A DNA stretch of 64,000 bases from Campylobacterota bacterium (lineage in GTDB: Bacteria; Campylobacterota; Campylobacteria; Campylobacterales; Sulfurimonadaceae), in assembly GCA_023379705.1 (NCBI GenBank), contig JAMCPS010000032.1, positions 10,090 to 74,089 on the forward strand. The letters run 5' to 3'. Under the pieces are notes generated by a model that had not been told where the DNA came from, did not search any database, and saw nothing but the letters and a program-made list of their open reading frames with translations. The translations under genes and the position numbers were made by a program. Below, piece by piece: positions 41,134-51,208 of this stretch. The stretch's first letter is position 1; each line of letters begins with the position of its first letter.

Positions 41134-42716
41134 AAGGAGTCTTCTTGAGTGAATAATTGGTTGGAGAGTGTAATTTGGTTTCGCCCATTTTTTTTGCTCT
41201 CATAGAGAGCATCATCCGCCATTTTAATCAGCTCGTCTTGGGTTTCATGATAGGTGACGCACGATGCGATACCTCCTGAAATAGTCATTGAAATCTTTTT
41301 ATTTTTATAGAGCGTTACTGTCGTTTCTATCACTTTACGACAGGCCTCCATACGTTCAAATGCTTGCTGAGGAGGCATTCCAGGCATAACGATGATAAAT
41401 TCTTCACCGCCGAAGCGTGCAATAAAATCATTTTGGCGTATGGAGTTTACAAGAGATGTTGCGATATTTTTGAGTACTTGGTCTCCTGTACTATGTCCAT
41501 AGGTATCATTAACAACTTTAAAATGATCCAAATCGAGCATGACAATGGAGAGTTCACTGAGATCTCTTTTGGCACGTGCCAATTCTCTTGGAAACGTTTC
41601 ATCCAAGTAGCGACGGTTGTAAACCCCTGTAAGAGGATCGCGAATGGATTGTTCTTTGATGATGCAGTTAAGTCGATAGACGTATCCTGCGATTATTGCG
41701 ATGATAATCGTTAATATCAAAGCGGCTAAAAGTGCATAATAGAGCCACGTGTTATCTTCAGGCGTTGTTGGATCGTACAAAAATCCTTTTGGGATCGTAC
41801 TGGATGAGGCAAACCCAAGTGTATGGTAGATTTCTGCTATTTTTTCCCATCGATCAGGATTCATGTGGCCGATTTCAATAAAATCAGGTTCTACCAGGTG
41901 CCGAATCGCAGCAGCTTCAAAGCGGAGATGTTCACGTGTTTTGGCTTGCGAATAATCACGTAAAATTACATCAATGGTCTCTTCGGGGTGTGCGAGAGCA
42001 TAGGCCCAACCCTGTAAACTCGCTTCTCGAAACGCTTTAACCCGTTGGGGATGATTGGTGAGTTCTGTATCACAGGTAAACAGGCAGTCGCTGTAAAAAT
42101 TAATGTCGTGTTTTCGCGGATCAATGATTGTGTATGGAATTCCTTTTTTCTGGAGGTAATAAGGTTCATTGGAAGAGTAGCCATTGAGTGCATCAACTTT
42201 TTTGTCAATCAAATCATCGGTATTAAAGGTATTTTCAATAATATTGAGTTTATTGAGATCGACACCTTCTTTGTAAAAAAGAGCCATGAGCTCTGCATTT
42301 TCAATATTTTTGGTCATCATTAGGCGCTTAGTGGCTAAATCAGCAAGGGTGCTAACATTGCTGTCTTTACGCATAATCCAAACATTGGGAGAACTCTGAA
42401 ACAGTGCGGCGAGAACTACAACGGGTCTCCCATTTTGACGCTCATTGATAAGTCCGGAATTACCGATGCCGTATTGCGCGCGACCTGAAATAACTTCATC
42501 TACGGGATGAGGGTGCGAATCATCGACCTGTAAAATTCGGACACTTAGCCCTACATTACGATAGTATCCCTTGTTTAATGCCATATAATAACCGGCGAAT
42601 TGAAACTGATGAAGCCATCGTAACTGAAGTGTGACCTCTTCTAGAGGTTTGGAAGATACAGAAGAAGGGAGAAATAAAATTCCTAAAAGAAGGAGGAAAA
42701 TGTGTCTTTTTTTCAC
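41130..42716 (-). CDS. Diguanylate cyclase with periplasmic NMT1/THI5-type sensor
   Basis: V.LQL.W.HQFQFAGYY.A..KGYY...GL.V (NMT1 signature), one TM, D.LTG.YNRR, DLDHFK.VND.YGH..GD, RQND I-site and GGEEF. Confidence 0.93.
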   Translation of the reverse strand: MKKRHIFLLLLGILFLPSSVSSKPLEEVTLQLRWLHQFQFAGYYMALNKGYYRNVGLSVRILQVDDSHPHPVDEVISGRAQYGIGNSGLINERQNGRPVVVLAALFQSSPNVWIMRKDSNVSTLADLATKRLMMTKNIENAELMALFYKEGVDLNKLNIIENTFNTDDLIDKKVDALNGYSSNEPYYLQKKGIPYTIIDPRKHDINFYSDCLFTCDTELTNHPQRVKAFREASLQGWAYALAHPEETIDVILRDYSQAKTREHLRFEAAAIRHLVEPDFIEIGHMNPDRWEKIAEIYHTLGFASSSTIPKGFLYDPTTPEDNTWLYYALLAALILTIIIAIIAGYVYRLNCIIKEQSIRDPLTGVYNRRYLDETFPRELARAKRDLSELSIVMLDLDHFKVVNDTYGHSTGDQVLKNIATSLVNSIRQNDFIARFGGEEFIIVMPGMPPQQAFERMEACRKVIETTVTLYKNKKISMTISGGIASCVTYHETQDELIKMADDALYESKKNGRNQITLSNQLFTQEDSL

Positions 42717-42813
42717 GATAGAGACCTACTATGATTTAATTAAAACTTACTAAAAAACAGTATATCAAAAAGTTATAAGAATTTTATGTAATATTGCTTT
42801 TGCTGTTTTTATT

Positions 42814-43647
42814 CTATTTCTGAACGATTTTAGCTGATTGCGTAAAAAGTGTGTTTATTTGTGCCATAAATTCAATTGGATCGGTTTGAGTCCCCTGTAC
42901 CATGAATCCAAAATGCAAATGGGGGCCAGTAATTCTACCCGTTGCTCCGCTTAAGCCAATTTCTTGTCCCTGAATAACGGGATCACCTACTTTGACATTA
43001 AATTCACTCAAGTGAAAATAACAGCTGTAAACCCCTTCACCATGATCAATGATGACCGTTCCTCCTGAGTAATAGCGCTCTTTGACTAATACGACAACCC
43101 CATCATTGCTTGCCAGAATAGGAAGCGGGGTTTTGGCTCGAAAATCTACCCCTCCATGATAACTCTTTAAAGTACCGTTATAGGTACGTGCACTGCCATA
43201 CTGACTTGTTGTAATCGAATCGATAGGGCGCATAAAAGGTTTGTTCCAATAGCGTTCAGGTGTGAAGTGCTTGTATATTTCTTCGGCTTCAGCTTTTTCC
43301 TGGGCGATGCGTTGAAGTGCTTCGGGCGGCGGGGAGACTTTTGAGCTATCGACACTTAGAATTTCGGTAGGGTATAAACTGTTAATGACATTGATTTCTA
43401 CACTTCTGCGCTCATTTTCCTTAAGCCATTGTGCGTTTATGAGCTGTGGTTGTTTGTGATAATCAATCGGAATAATCGCAAACCCTTCGTTAGGATAAAT
43501 GGGATGAGGTAAAACGGTAATGTTTTGATCGGGAAGTTGCAAAACTCCCTGCGGGCTATCGAGCGGAATGATTAAACTTTTGCCATTGCCTACGTCAAAA
43601 GCAAAGGCAGAAAGTACAGATAACACCATTAGGGTAAAAATTTTCAT
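42814..43647 (-). CDS. M23 family peptidoglycan metallopeptidase
   Basis: HGGVD, GG.VIIDHG.G..S.Y.HLS and G.TGR.TGPHLHF motifs. Confidence 0.93.
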   Translation of the reverse strand: MKIFTLMVLSVLSAFAFDVGNGKSLIIPLDSPQGVLQLPDQNITVLPHPIYPNEGFAIIPIDYHKQPQLINAQWLKENERRSVEINVINSLYPTEILSVDSSKVSPPPEALQRIAQEKAEAEEIYKHFTPERYWNKPFMRPIDSITTSQYGSARTYNGTLKSYHGGVDFRAKTPLPILASNDGVVVLVKERYYSGGTVIIDHGEGVYSCYFHLSEFNVKVGDPVIQGQEIGLSGATGRITGPHLHFGFMVQGTQTDPIEFMAQINTLFTQSAKIVQK

Positions 43648-43795
43648 GGTAAAAGTTTCTTTTTGTTTGCATTATAATGTTTTTTTGTTAAAGTAATTGC
43701 AAAACCAATCATTGAAAATAAGCAAATCATAAGTTTTTATTCAGAAAGTTACCGCTATGCTACCACCATTAAGGTTTAATTTGAAGGGGTTAACA

Positions 43796-44224
43796 ATGGC
43801 AAGAACGGATGACGCACCCAATACAGAAGGGCTTACCTTTTTAGATGACGGTGAAGTGTTGTATGATGACTTGTATTTATTGTCAGAGACGGATGAAAAA
43901 GGGAATGTGACGTATACGAATGATGCTTTTTTGAAAATTGCTGGCTGGAAACGAGAAGATTTAATAGGTCAGCCGCACAATGTGGTTCGCCATCCTGACA
44001 TGCCTCGTGCAGCATTTCGGTCGCTTTGGAACGATGTTCAAGAAAAAGGTTTTTGGACGGGATACGTTAAAAATGCCCGTAAAGGAGGAGGGCACTACTG
44101 GGTATATGCGACTGTTTTGCGTTCAACCGATAAGAATGGAAACGTCAAGTACGTATCCATCCGTATTAAACCCTCACGCGAAGATATCAAAAAAGCAGAA
44201 GCGCTCTACGCGACACTGGACTAA
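43796..44224 (+). CDS. Stand-alone Aer/CetB-type PAS sensor
   Basis: SETD.KG..TY.N..F...G....LIG.PHN.VRHPDMP..AF..LW and W.G.VKN..K.G..YWV.A. Start trimmed to ATG 43796. Confidence 0.88.
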   Translation: MARTDDAPNTEGLTFLDDGEVLYDDLYLLSETDEKGNVTYTNDAFLKIAGWKREDLIGQPHNVVRHPDMPRAAFRSLWNDVQEKGFWTGYVKNARKGGGHYWVYATVLRSTDKNGNVKYVSIRIKPSREDIKKAEALYATLD

Positions 44225-44233
44225 GGAGAAATA

Positions 44234-46117
44234 ATGGCACTAGTAAGACGAACAGAGCATGCACCCGCAGCAGTAGGAAGTGTTAGTCCCGATAAAAGAC
44301 GTCAGCGTACGTTGGCAAAACAGCAGCAAATATCAGAGAGTATTGCCGGTGTGGCGACAACTATTTTGGGCAATGCTCAAGAGAGCGTAAGTGCAATAGA
44401 GCAACTTAAAAGCTCAATGGAACAAATAGCGACAGCGGCGGAAGAGAACAGCGGTGCGAGTGAGCAAGCGCTTAAAAATGTACGTGCTATCAACTCCAAC
44501 ATCGGGCGCATGACGACCAGCATTGATACGGTTATCTCCTCAACATTGGTAACGGGTGATAACATTATGGGAGCGGTTGGCACGATCAATACTTCGGTTG
44601 CGCGTATGTCACAGGCGGTTAATGTTGCTAAAACTTCTTCTAAAAAATCCGAAGAGCTTAAAATTTCTTCTGAGAATATTGGAGAAGCGGTTGGCTTTAT
44701 CGCAAAAATTGCGGACCAAACGAATCTTTTGGCGCTGAATGCCGCTATTGAAGCCAGTCGTGCAAAAGAGCATGGAAAAGGGTTCGCCGTTGTTGCGGAT
44801 GAGACCAGAGCCCTTGCAGGCGAATCTGAAAAAAATGCCGATTTTATTTCGAACTTGGTCAATAAAATCCAAGAAAGCATCGATAATATTATTCAAAGTA
44901 TAACGAGTACGACGGGCATTATTGAACAAACAGGCGGGCGCGGATCGGCACTTAGTTTCAAAATGGAGGAGCTGACCAAAATCGCAGTTTATTCGGTAGA
45001 AGCCGCACGTAATATGAGCAGCTATACCCAAAGCCTCGGGCAGTCGGTTGTGCAAATCAATGACGGATCCAAAGAGATTGCAGACGCTTCAAGTGAAATT
45101 GCAAAATCGGTAGAGCGAACCCTCAATAGTATCGAAATGCAGTCCAACTCATTGGTCCAAACCGAAGAGGACATCAAAGAACTCAATAACCTCTCTGAAG
45201 AGTTGAAATTTTCAACCGACACGATGAAATCGGCAGAAGAGATTGCAGCATCTGCAGATGCAATCAGCTCTAGCATGGATGACATTCAAAACTCACTCAA
45301 AGAAGTAACAAGCGGATTGAATCAAATCGAAGCCTCTTCTCAAGCAACAAACCAAAGTGCCCTTTTGAACAAAGAGTTGTTTGAAAGTGGTCTTGCCGCA
45401 TCCAAAGACATCAGTAAGCTCATCGAAATTGCACGCCGTAACTTTGATTTGCTTAAAACCTCGTTTGCGGATGTGAAAGGTCAGATGAATGGAATCAGTC
45501 AAGATTTTGTCAATTCAATCGCAGAGGGAAGCAGCGCAAGCAGTGAGCTTGATGTCATCGTTAAAGAGACACGTAACGTCGACAAAACGGTTGGCAGTAT
45601 CTCGAATAGTATTATTCAGCTCAATATGTTGGCGATTAGCGGTTCGATAGAAGCGGCACGTGCGGGTGATTTTGGAAAAGGGTTTGCGGTTGTTAGTGCG
45701 GATATCCGTAATTTGGCAAAAGATTCTGAGTCCAATACGGAAAAAATTAACGATACCATCGAATCGATGAATGCAGAGATTGACACCGTTCGTACCGATT
45801 GGCTTAAACTCTTGATCAATCAAGAGGGTGAAAAAGAGCAAATTGGAACATTGATTCATGAGATTGATAAAATCACCACCATGTTGATTGATTTGTTGGA
45901 TCGCTTTACGGGTCTTAAAACCATCAATGATCAAAATATTGAGGGGCTTAATCAAGGACTTATCGGTATCAGTGAAATTCAAAAAGCGGTTGAACTTTCA
46001 GCGCGAAATGCACAGGAATCTCGCAAAGCAAGTGAACTGATTATTGAAACGGTAAGCCATATTGGCGAAGGCGTTGAAGAACTCGCTGTCATGGCGGATG
46101 AACTTCAACAGGGGTAA
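44234..46117 (+). CDS. Cytoplasmic chemoreceptor with two MA signalling domains (DosM-like)
   Basis: No TM. Two hairpin tips: [32 protein letters not shown] and QLNMLAISGSIEAARAGDFGKGFAVVSAD. Confidence 0.9.
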   Translation: MALVRRTEHAPAAVGSVSPDKRRQRTLAKQQQISESIAGVATTILGNAQESVSAIEQLKSSMEQIATAAEENSGASEQALKNVRAINSNIGRMTTSIDTVISSTLVTGDNIMGAVGTINTSVARMSQAVNVAKTSSKKSEELKISSENIGEAVGFIAKIADQTNLLALNAAIEASRAKEHGKGFAVVADETRALAGESEKNADFISNLVNKIQESIDNIIQSITSTTGIIEQTGGRGSALSFKMEELTKIAVYSVEAARNMSSYTQSLGQSVVQINDGSKEIADASSEIAKSVERTLNSIEMQSNSLVQTEEDIKELNNLSEELKFSTDTMKSAEEIAASADAISSSMDDIQNSLKEVTSGLNQIEASSQATNQSALLNKELFESGLAASKDISKLIEIARRNFDLLKTSFADVKGQMNGISQDFVNSIAEGSSASSELDVIVKETRNVDKTVGSISNSIIQLNMLAISGSIEAARAGDFGKGFAVVSADIRNLAKDSESNTEKINDTIESMNAEIDTVRTDWLKLLINQEGEKEQIGTLIHEIDKITTMLIDLLDRFTGLKTINDQNIEGLNQGLIGISEIQKAVELSARNAQESRKASELIIETVSHIGEGVEELAVMADELQQG

Positions 46118-46121
46118 TTCC

Positions 46122-47498
46122 ATGCATATCGAAGAGATTTTGATTATTCGCCATAATGAGGTTTCATTTGGCATTTCTACTGCATTGATTGGTCAAATTC
46201 TTCGTGTTCCGGACATTACCAGTTTGGCATTGAGCCCTTATGAAGTACGCGGCCTATGTGCTGTGGGCGGTGGGATTGTCACCCTGTTGGATTTTAACCT
46301 TTTGTTGGGTCTAGCGCCTTGCAGCGGTTTGGATCAGCGAAATCGGGTTATCACGTTGAATAATGAGATGAGCACATTGGCATTGCTTGTGGATCAAGTC
46401 ACGGTCTCTCTGACAATCGATCAACAAAAAATTGAGTATTTAGATGTTTCGGATGAGGCGATTATCGCCATTGTTCATCATGAAGATACATTAATTCAGG
46501 TTGTCAGTTTGGAATACGTAATCGCAGCGATTCGTTCTGTGAAAGTAGCAGCTCAAGCAGTGTCAGAAAAAAGCAGTTATGACAGAGAATCATCCATAAA
46601 AGTGGAAGATAAAAGCCGCTATCTTGTTTTTAAAATGGGAGCAGAAGAATATGCACTCCCCATTGATGACTTGAGAGAGATTTTGAATGCGGATGTCACG
46701 ATTACGGCGATGGCGGGTTCAAATGATGAGATTTTGGGGATGATGTCTTTGCGTGAAGAACTCGTGGTTATCGCTGATTTACGTCGTTTTTATGGATTTC
46801 AACCCAAGCCAGGAGACAAGAATCGCATCATAATTGTTCAGATGCACAGCAAAACATTGGGATTGATGATTGATGAGATTGTGGACATTCATGAGTTTTC
46901 AAAAGCTGATGTGGATTCACTGGGGACAAGTAATGATGATAAACGCATTGCCGGTGTGATACATAATGGAGAGAAACTTATCTCTCTTATCTCAAACAGT
47001 ACAATTGAATCTTTGTTGGAGCGTAACAATGATATTATCGTTTCCAATGATGTGACTGCGGTCAGTGAAAATGCAGTGGAGATGGTAGAAGTAGTGATTT
47101 TTAAACTGGGTAATGAAGAGTATGCGTTTAGCATTGAAGAGGTTGCGGAGATCATCGATATGACTCCGGTTACCCCTGTAGCAAATGCTTCTGAAATGGT
47201 AGATGGAATCATCAACATACGAGGGCAGATTGTAACCATCGGTTCTTTGCACAAACGCTTGGGGATAAAAATTCCTACGCACACAGATCAGAAGATTATT
47301 ATATGCCATGCGCCAAAGGGGCGGATTGGATTTTTTGTGAATACGGTGAGCGATGTTCTTTCGGTGGATCCTGAGCAAATGCGTGAAGAAGAGAGCGGTG
47401 ATGGGCTTTTCTCGAATATCATTCATTTAGATGAAGGGAAACGGTTGGTTTTGTTGTTCAATCGTAATATTTCACAACTACTGGAAGATGCCGCATGA
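46122..47498 (+). CDS. cheW: Triple-domain CheW
   Basis: Three CheW repeats (F.I...I..I...P...V.G....G; YLVFK...EYALPI..LREI; FKLG.EEYAF.I..V.EII...G.IN.RG). Start trimmed to ATG 46122. Confidence 0.88.
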   Translation: MHIEEILIIRHNEVSFGISTALIGQILRVPDITSLALSPYEVRGLCAVGGGIVTLLDFNLLLGLAPCSGLDQRNRVITLNNEMSTLALLVDQVTVSLTIDQQKIEYLDVSDEAIIAIVHHEDTLIQVVSLEYVIAAIRSVKVAAQAVSEKSSYDRESSIKVEDKSRYLVFKMGAEEYALPIDDLREILNADVTITAMAGSNDEILGMMSLREELVVIADLRRFYGFQPKPGDKNRIIIVQMHSKTLGLMIDEIVDIHEFSKADVDSLGTSNDDKRIAGVIHNGEKLISLISNSTIESLLERNNDIIVSNDVTAVSENAVEMVEVVIFKLGNEEYAFSIEEVAEIIDMTPVTPVANASEMVDGIINIRGQIVTIGSLHKRLGIKIPTHTDQKIIICHAPKGRIGFFVNTVSDVLSVDPEQMREEESGDGLFSNIIHLDEGKRLVLLFNRNISQLLEDAA

Positions 47499-48553
47499 AA
47501 AAAATCTTGATAGCAGATGATTCGGCATTGGTTAGAAAGCAAATAACAGAGATCATAGCTGAGCTCGGATTTGAGGTTGAGACGGCGCGCAATGGTGCAG
47601 AAGCCGTTGAAAAAGCAGCCGCAACTCAATACGATGTGATTACGATGGATATCAATATGCCGATTATGGATGGCCTTACAGCTGTTCGCAAGATCATGGA
47701 GATACGTCCAACGCCAATCTTGATGATCAGTTCCTTGACGACTGAAAGTGCTCAAATTACAATGGAAGCTCTTGATGCAGGTGCTGTTGATTACATCTCA
47801 AAACCCGGAACGATGAATGTAGGGCGTAGTGAGAACTCAGAAGACATTGTCCAAAAAGTAAAGTCTCTCAGCCGTATTCCTCCACGACGTTTGAAGACAA
47901 TGACGCGCCGCAGCGTTGTGCGCGAACGGCCGCAAAGTATTCGGGAAGCAACACGTGCAGAAAATAAATCGACGGCTGATGTTACTAAAATATTGTTGAT
48001 CGGCGCATCAACAGGTGGGCCTGGTCTAATTGAGCAGATTTGTACGGCATTGCCCTCATCGTTTGGTTATGCTGTTTGCATTGTACAGCACATGCCTGAG
48101 CAATTTACTGCAGCATTTGCGACTCGATTGGACAAAAACAGTACTTTGCCCGTTATAGAAACAAAAGATCACATGGAACTATACCCCGGAAATATTTATC
48201 TCGCACGTGGCGGAGTTCACATGCATTTTGGTAAAAAAGTGACCGGAAGAATTGTTATCCGTGAGGAGCAGAAAAAAGGAAATCGTTTTTTTCAGCCTAG
48301 CGTTGATGAAATGTTTATGAGTGCACTCAAAGTATTTTCTGGTAATCAGGTTGTAGGAGTTTTATTGACAGGGATCGGTGATGACGGTGCGAACGGCATG
48401 GTTGCGATTAAGCAAGCAGGAGGATTCACCATTGGTGAAAGCGAAGAGACGGCAACGGTTTATGGAATGCCAAAAGAAGCGTATGATCGAGGTGGAGTAT
48501 CCCAGCAGCTCCCGTTCCCTAAGATTGTAAGAGCGCTTCAAACACTACGCTAA
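47495..48553 (+). CDS. cheB: Chemotaxis methylesterase CheB
   Basis: REC domain plus intact GASTGG, QHMP, PSVD and LTG.G.DGA.G...YGMP. Confidence 0.97.
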   Translation: MKKILIADDSALVRKQITEIIAELGFEVETARNGAEAVEKAAATQYDVITMDINMPIMDGLTAVRKIMEIRPTPILMISSLTTESAQITMEALDAGAVDYISKPGTMNVGRSENSEDIVQKVKSLSRIPPRRLKTMTRRSVVRERPQSIREATRAENKSTADVTKILLIGASTGGPGLIEQICTALPSSFGYAVCIVQHMPEQFTAAFATRLDKNSTLPVIETKDHMELYPGNIYLARGGVHMHFGKKVTGRIVIREEQKKGNRFFQPSVDEMFMSALKVFSGNQVVGVLLTGIGDDGANGMVAIKQAGGFTIGESEETATVYGMPKEAYDRGGVSQQLPFPKIVRALQTLR

Positions 48554-48563
48554 GGATTTAGGG

Positions 48564-49190
48564 ATGGCACTGGTAAAAAAACACATACAGCAGGTTGTTG
48601 AAGAATTTCCAGAATTTTCAACGCTGGAAGAGGCGAAAGCGTACTATTATGAAAATGATGGAAAATTTGATGAGCAAGGCTATGCTATCGAACAAATCGA
48701 AATGTTCGAGGGGGGCGGAGAAGAGTTGGTCAAACTGTTGATGGACAATCCGTATGTGCATAAAGATATGGCAAGTAAAATTGCTGCTACTCTTTCTAAA
48801 ATGGATGGAAGCCGTGCCCCTATCGAATCGATTATGGGATTGCTTAAGGTACGTAATGCCTACATTCGTAATCTCGGGATCACAACGCTTCAAAGCTATG
48901 GTGATGCGATCAAATATTACATTGTGAAGTTTCTCATTGGAGACGATCGTGATTTACGTATTTTCGCGATCAATGTTTTGGGTGATGTTAATTTTGCTCA
49001 ATCACGTGATATGCTCATTGAACTTCTAGAAAGTGAAAGGGACATAAATGTCGCGATGACGGCTGTCGATTATATGGCAGAGATTGGTGAGATGGAGGAC
49101 ATTCCCTTGCTCGAAACAGTCAAAAGCAGATTTCAAGATGCGTATGTTGATTTTGCGATTGATAATGCCATTCGCAGTATTCGGGGGTAA
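48564..49190 (+). CDS. HEAT-repeat protein of the chemosensory cluster
   Basis: Repeats such as NAYIRN....L, DDRDLRIFAINVLG and D.NVAMTAVDY.AEIG. Located between cheB and cheR. Confidence 0.8.
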   Translation: MALVKKHIQQVVEEFPEFSTLEEAKAYYYENDGKFDEQGYAIEQIEMFEGGGEELVKLLMDNPYVHKDMASKIAATLSKMDGSRAPIESIMGLLKVRNAYIRNLGITTLQSYGDAIKYYIVKFLIGDDRDLRIFAINVLGDVNFAQSRDMLIELLESERDINVAMTAVDYMAEIGEMEDIPLLETVKSRFQDAYVDFAIDNAIRSIRG

Positions 49191-49193
49191 TGG

Positions 49194-50024
49194 GTGGAAG
49201 CTCTTTTATCAGAAGAAAATTTTTATAAGATGACCGATTACATTTATCGTAAAGCGGGTATTTATTTAGAGCTTGACAAACATTTTGACAAACTTTCCAA
49301 GTACATAGAGACACGCTGTAAAGCAATTGGCGCCGATTCCTTCCGTAAATATTTTTACACTTTACGTTTTGATGATAAAGATGGTGCAGAGTTTCAAGCA
49401 CTTATGAATGGGATGACGGTTAATGAAACCTACTTTTATCGGGAGAAAGAGCAGTTTGAGGTTTTAGTAGAGCGAATTTTGCCTGAACTGCATGAAATAA
49501 AGCCAAAAGGGCAGGCTTTACGGATTTTATCTGCGCCAAGTTCTACAGGAGAAGAACCGTATTCGATGATCTTGCATATTCTCGAAGAAGCGCGTATTGT
49601 CGAAGAACGTGATATCGAAATTGTGGGTATTGACATTGATAGCACCGTTATTGAGAAAGCAAAATTGGGTAAATACTCAGATCGTTCAGTTCATGCGATA
49701 CCGCCAGGGGTATTGGCTAAATATTTTAAAAAGCGGACGTTAGGGTATGATCTTATTGATGATTTAATCGGTACTGTTGATTTTAAAGTATCTAATGTCT
49801 TCGATAGAGGGGATATGCGTAAATTGGGAAAATTCGATGTTATTTTTTCACGCAATATGCTTATCTATTTTGATGATGCCAGCCGAAAAGAAGTTGCAAT
49901 GACCTTTTACGATATGCTTAACCCAAATGGTTATGTTTTATTGGGTCATGCTGAGTACATGAGCCGTATCACTTCGGTGTTTAAGGCAAAAAAAATTGAT
50001 TCCACGTTAATTTATCAAAAATAA
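49194..50024 (+). CDS. cheR: Chemotaxis methyltransferase CheR
   Basis: TVNETYFYRE, SA.SSTGEEPYS, DID, FDVIF.RN.LIYFD and LGHAE motifs. Confidence 0.97.
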   Translation: MEALLSEENFYKMTDYIYRKAGIYLELDKHFDKLSKYIETRCKAIGADSFRKYFYTLRFDDKDGAEFQALMNGMTVNETYFYREKEQFEVLVERILPELHEIKPKGQALRILSAPSSTGEEPYSMILHILEEARIVEERDIEIVGIDIDSTVIEKAKLGKYSDRSVHAIPPGVLAKYFKKRTLGYDLIDDLIGTVDFKVSNVFDRGDMRKLGKFDVIFSRNMLIYFDDASRKEVAMTFYDMLNPNGYVLLGHAEYMSRITSVFKAKKIDSTLIYQK

Positions 50025-50044
50025 CCACATTATAGGAGAACAAA

Positions 50045-50416
50045 ATGCCATTAGTAATATTTGTAGACGATAGCGAAACCGCTTTAGCTTCCACACGGAT
50101 GGTCACCGATTCGATGCCCATTACTGTCAAACAATATTTGTCTGCAGTGGATGCACTCAATGAGATCAAAGGGGGGATGGTTCCTGATTTGATTATTACG
50201 GATATGAATATGCCCGTTATGAACGGATTTGAGTTTTTGCAAGGGCTTCGCGCAGTTCCAAGCACAGCACGCACGCCGGTATTGATGCTTACAACCGAGA
50301 CACGCGATGAACTCAAAGTGCAGGGAAAAGCACTTGGGTTGACGGGTTGGGTGGTAAAACCATTTAATCCGGCGCAGCTTAAGCAGGCGATTTCTAGAGT
50401 ATTGCGCTTAGCATAA
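50045..50416 (+). CDS. cheY: CheY-like response regulator
   Basis: VDDS, ITDMNMP.MNG, MLTTE and GW.VKPF motifs. Confidence 0.9.
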   Translation: MPLVIFVDDSETALASTRMVTDSMPITVKQYLSAVDALNEIKGGMVPDLIITDMNMPVMNGFEFLQGLRAVPSTARTPVLMLTTETRDELKVQGKALGLTGWVVKPFNPAQLKQAISRVLRLA

Positions 50417-50426
50417 GTCAATCAAG

Positions 50427-50819
50427 ATGCAATTCCTACATACTCTTAATGGATTGTTAGAACATGTTAAAAGCGTGGAGCGTGAGACCATTGCTTTAAC
50501 ACAAGAAGCACAGTTGCGATTTGTACGTTTCCTTGATAAAAACGGTTTAAGCGTGGATGACGAAACACTCGAAGCGATGCAGTATCAAGACATCATTGCG
50601 CAACAGTTAAGTGCGACGATAGAAGCTATTGAGAGTGCGCAGGAACATATGCAGTATTTCATTCATGCGTTTAGCGAAGATGATGCGATTGCGGCTCAAA
50701 GCATTGAAAGAATGCACGGAAAATTGACGAATGCACTTGAGAAAGCAAAAGAAAAACACAGTGCATTCAGCGGAAAAGTGAATCGTGAAGACGATGATGA
50801 CGGAATAGAGTTTTTTTAG
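50427..50819 (+). CDS. CheZ-like putative phosphatase
   Basis: MQYQDIIAQQL contains the CheZ DxxxQ catalytic motif. Acidic-aromatic C-terminus DDDGIEFF. Confidence 0.55.
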   Translation: MQFLHTLNGLLEHVKSVERETIALTQEAQLRFVRFLDKNGLSVDDETLEAMQYQDIIAQQLSATIEAIESAQEHMQYFIHAFSEDDAIAAQSIERMHGKLTNALEKAKEKHSAFSGKVNREDDDDGIEFF

Positions 50820-50828
50820 GAGCATGAG

Positions 50829-51194
50829 ATGGCAACAGTAATGGTAGTAGACGATTCAAAAACAGTGCGGAGTTATCATGGCTCTATTCTAAAAGATTTA
50901 GGAGTAGAGGTGCTTGAAGCAGAAAATGGGATGGAAGCGCTTGAAAAATCGTTGGACAATAACGTGGATCTGTATCTAGTAGATGTCAATATGCCGGTTA
51001 TGGACGGTTATTCTTTTGTGAGTGAATTGCGCCAGCAACCGATGCGACGCTTTACTCCTGTAATTATGATCACAACACAAATGGCAGCAACGGACAAGCT
51101 TGAAGCGTTCAAAGTAGGTGCTAATCTTTTTGAAACCAAACCGATCAAACCCGATGCTCTCAAAGGGTATTTGCAGCTCTTGTTAAAAGTTTAA
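50829..51194 (+). CDS. cheY: Second CheY-like response regulator
   Basis: VDDS, VDVNMPVMDG, MITT and GA....KP motifs. Confidence 0.88.
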   Translation: MATVMVVDDSKTVRSYHGSILKDLGVEVLEAENGMEALEKSLDNNVDLYLVDVNMPVMDGYSFVSELRQQPMRRFTPVIMITTQMAATDKLEAFKVGANLFETKPIKPDALKGYLQLLLKV

Positions 51195-51208
51195 ATCAAG
51201 GACAACAC

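Noticed and set aside
43730-43758. Sigma28 promoter (TAAG...ACCGCTAT) upstream of the che cluster
   Set aside because: Mismatch in the CGAT core and non-canonical spacing make it too weak to call.
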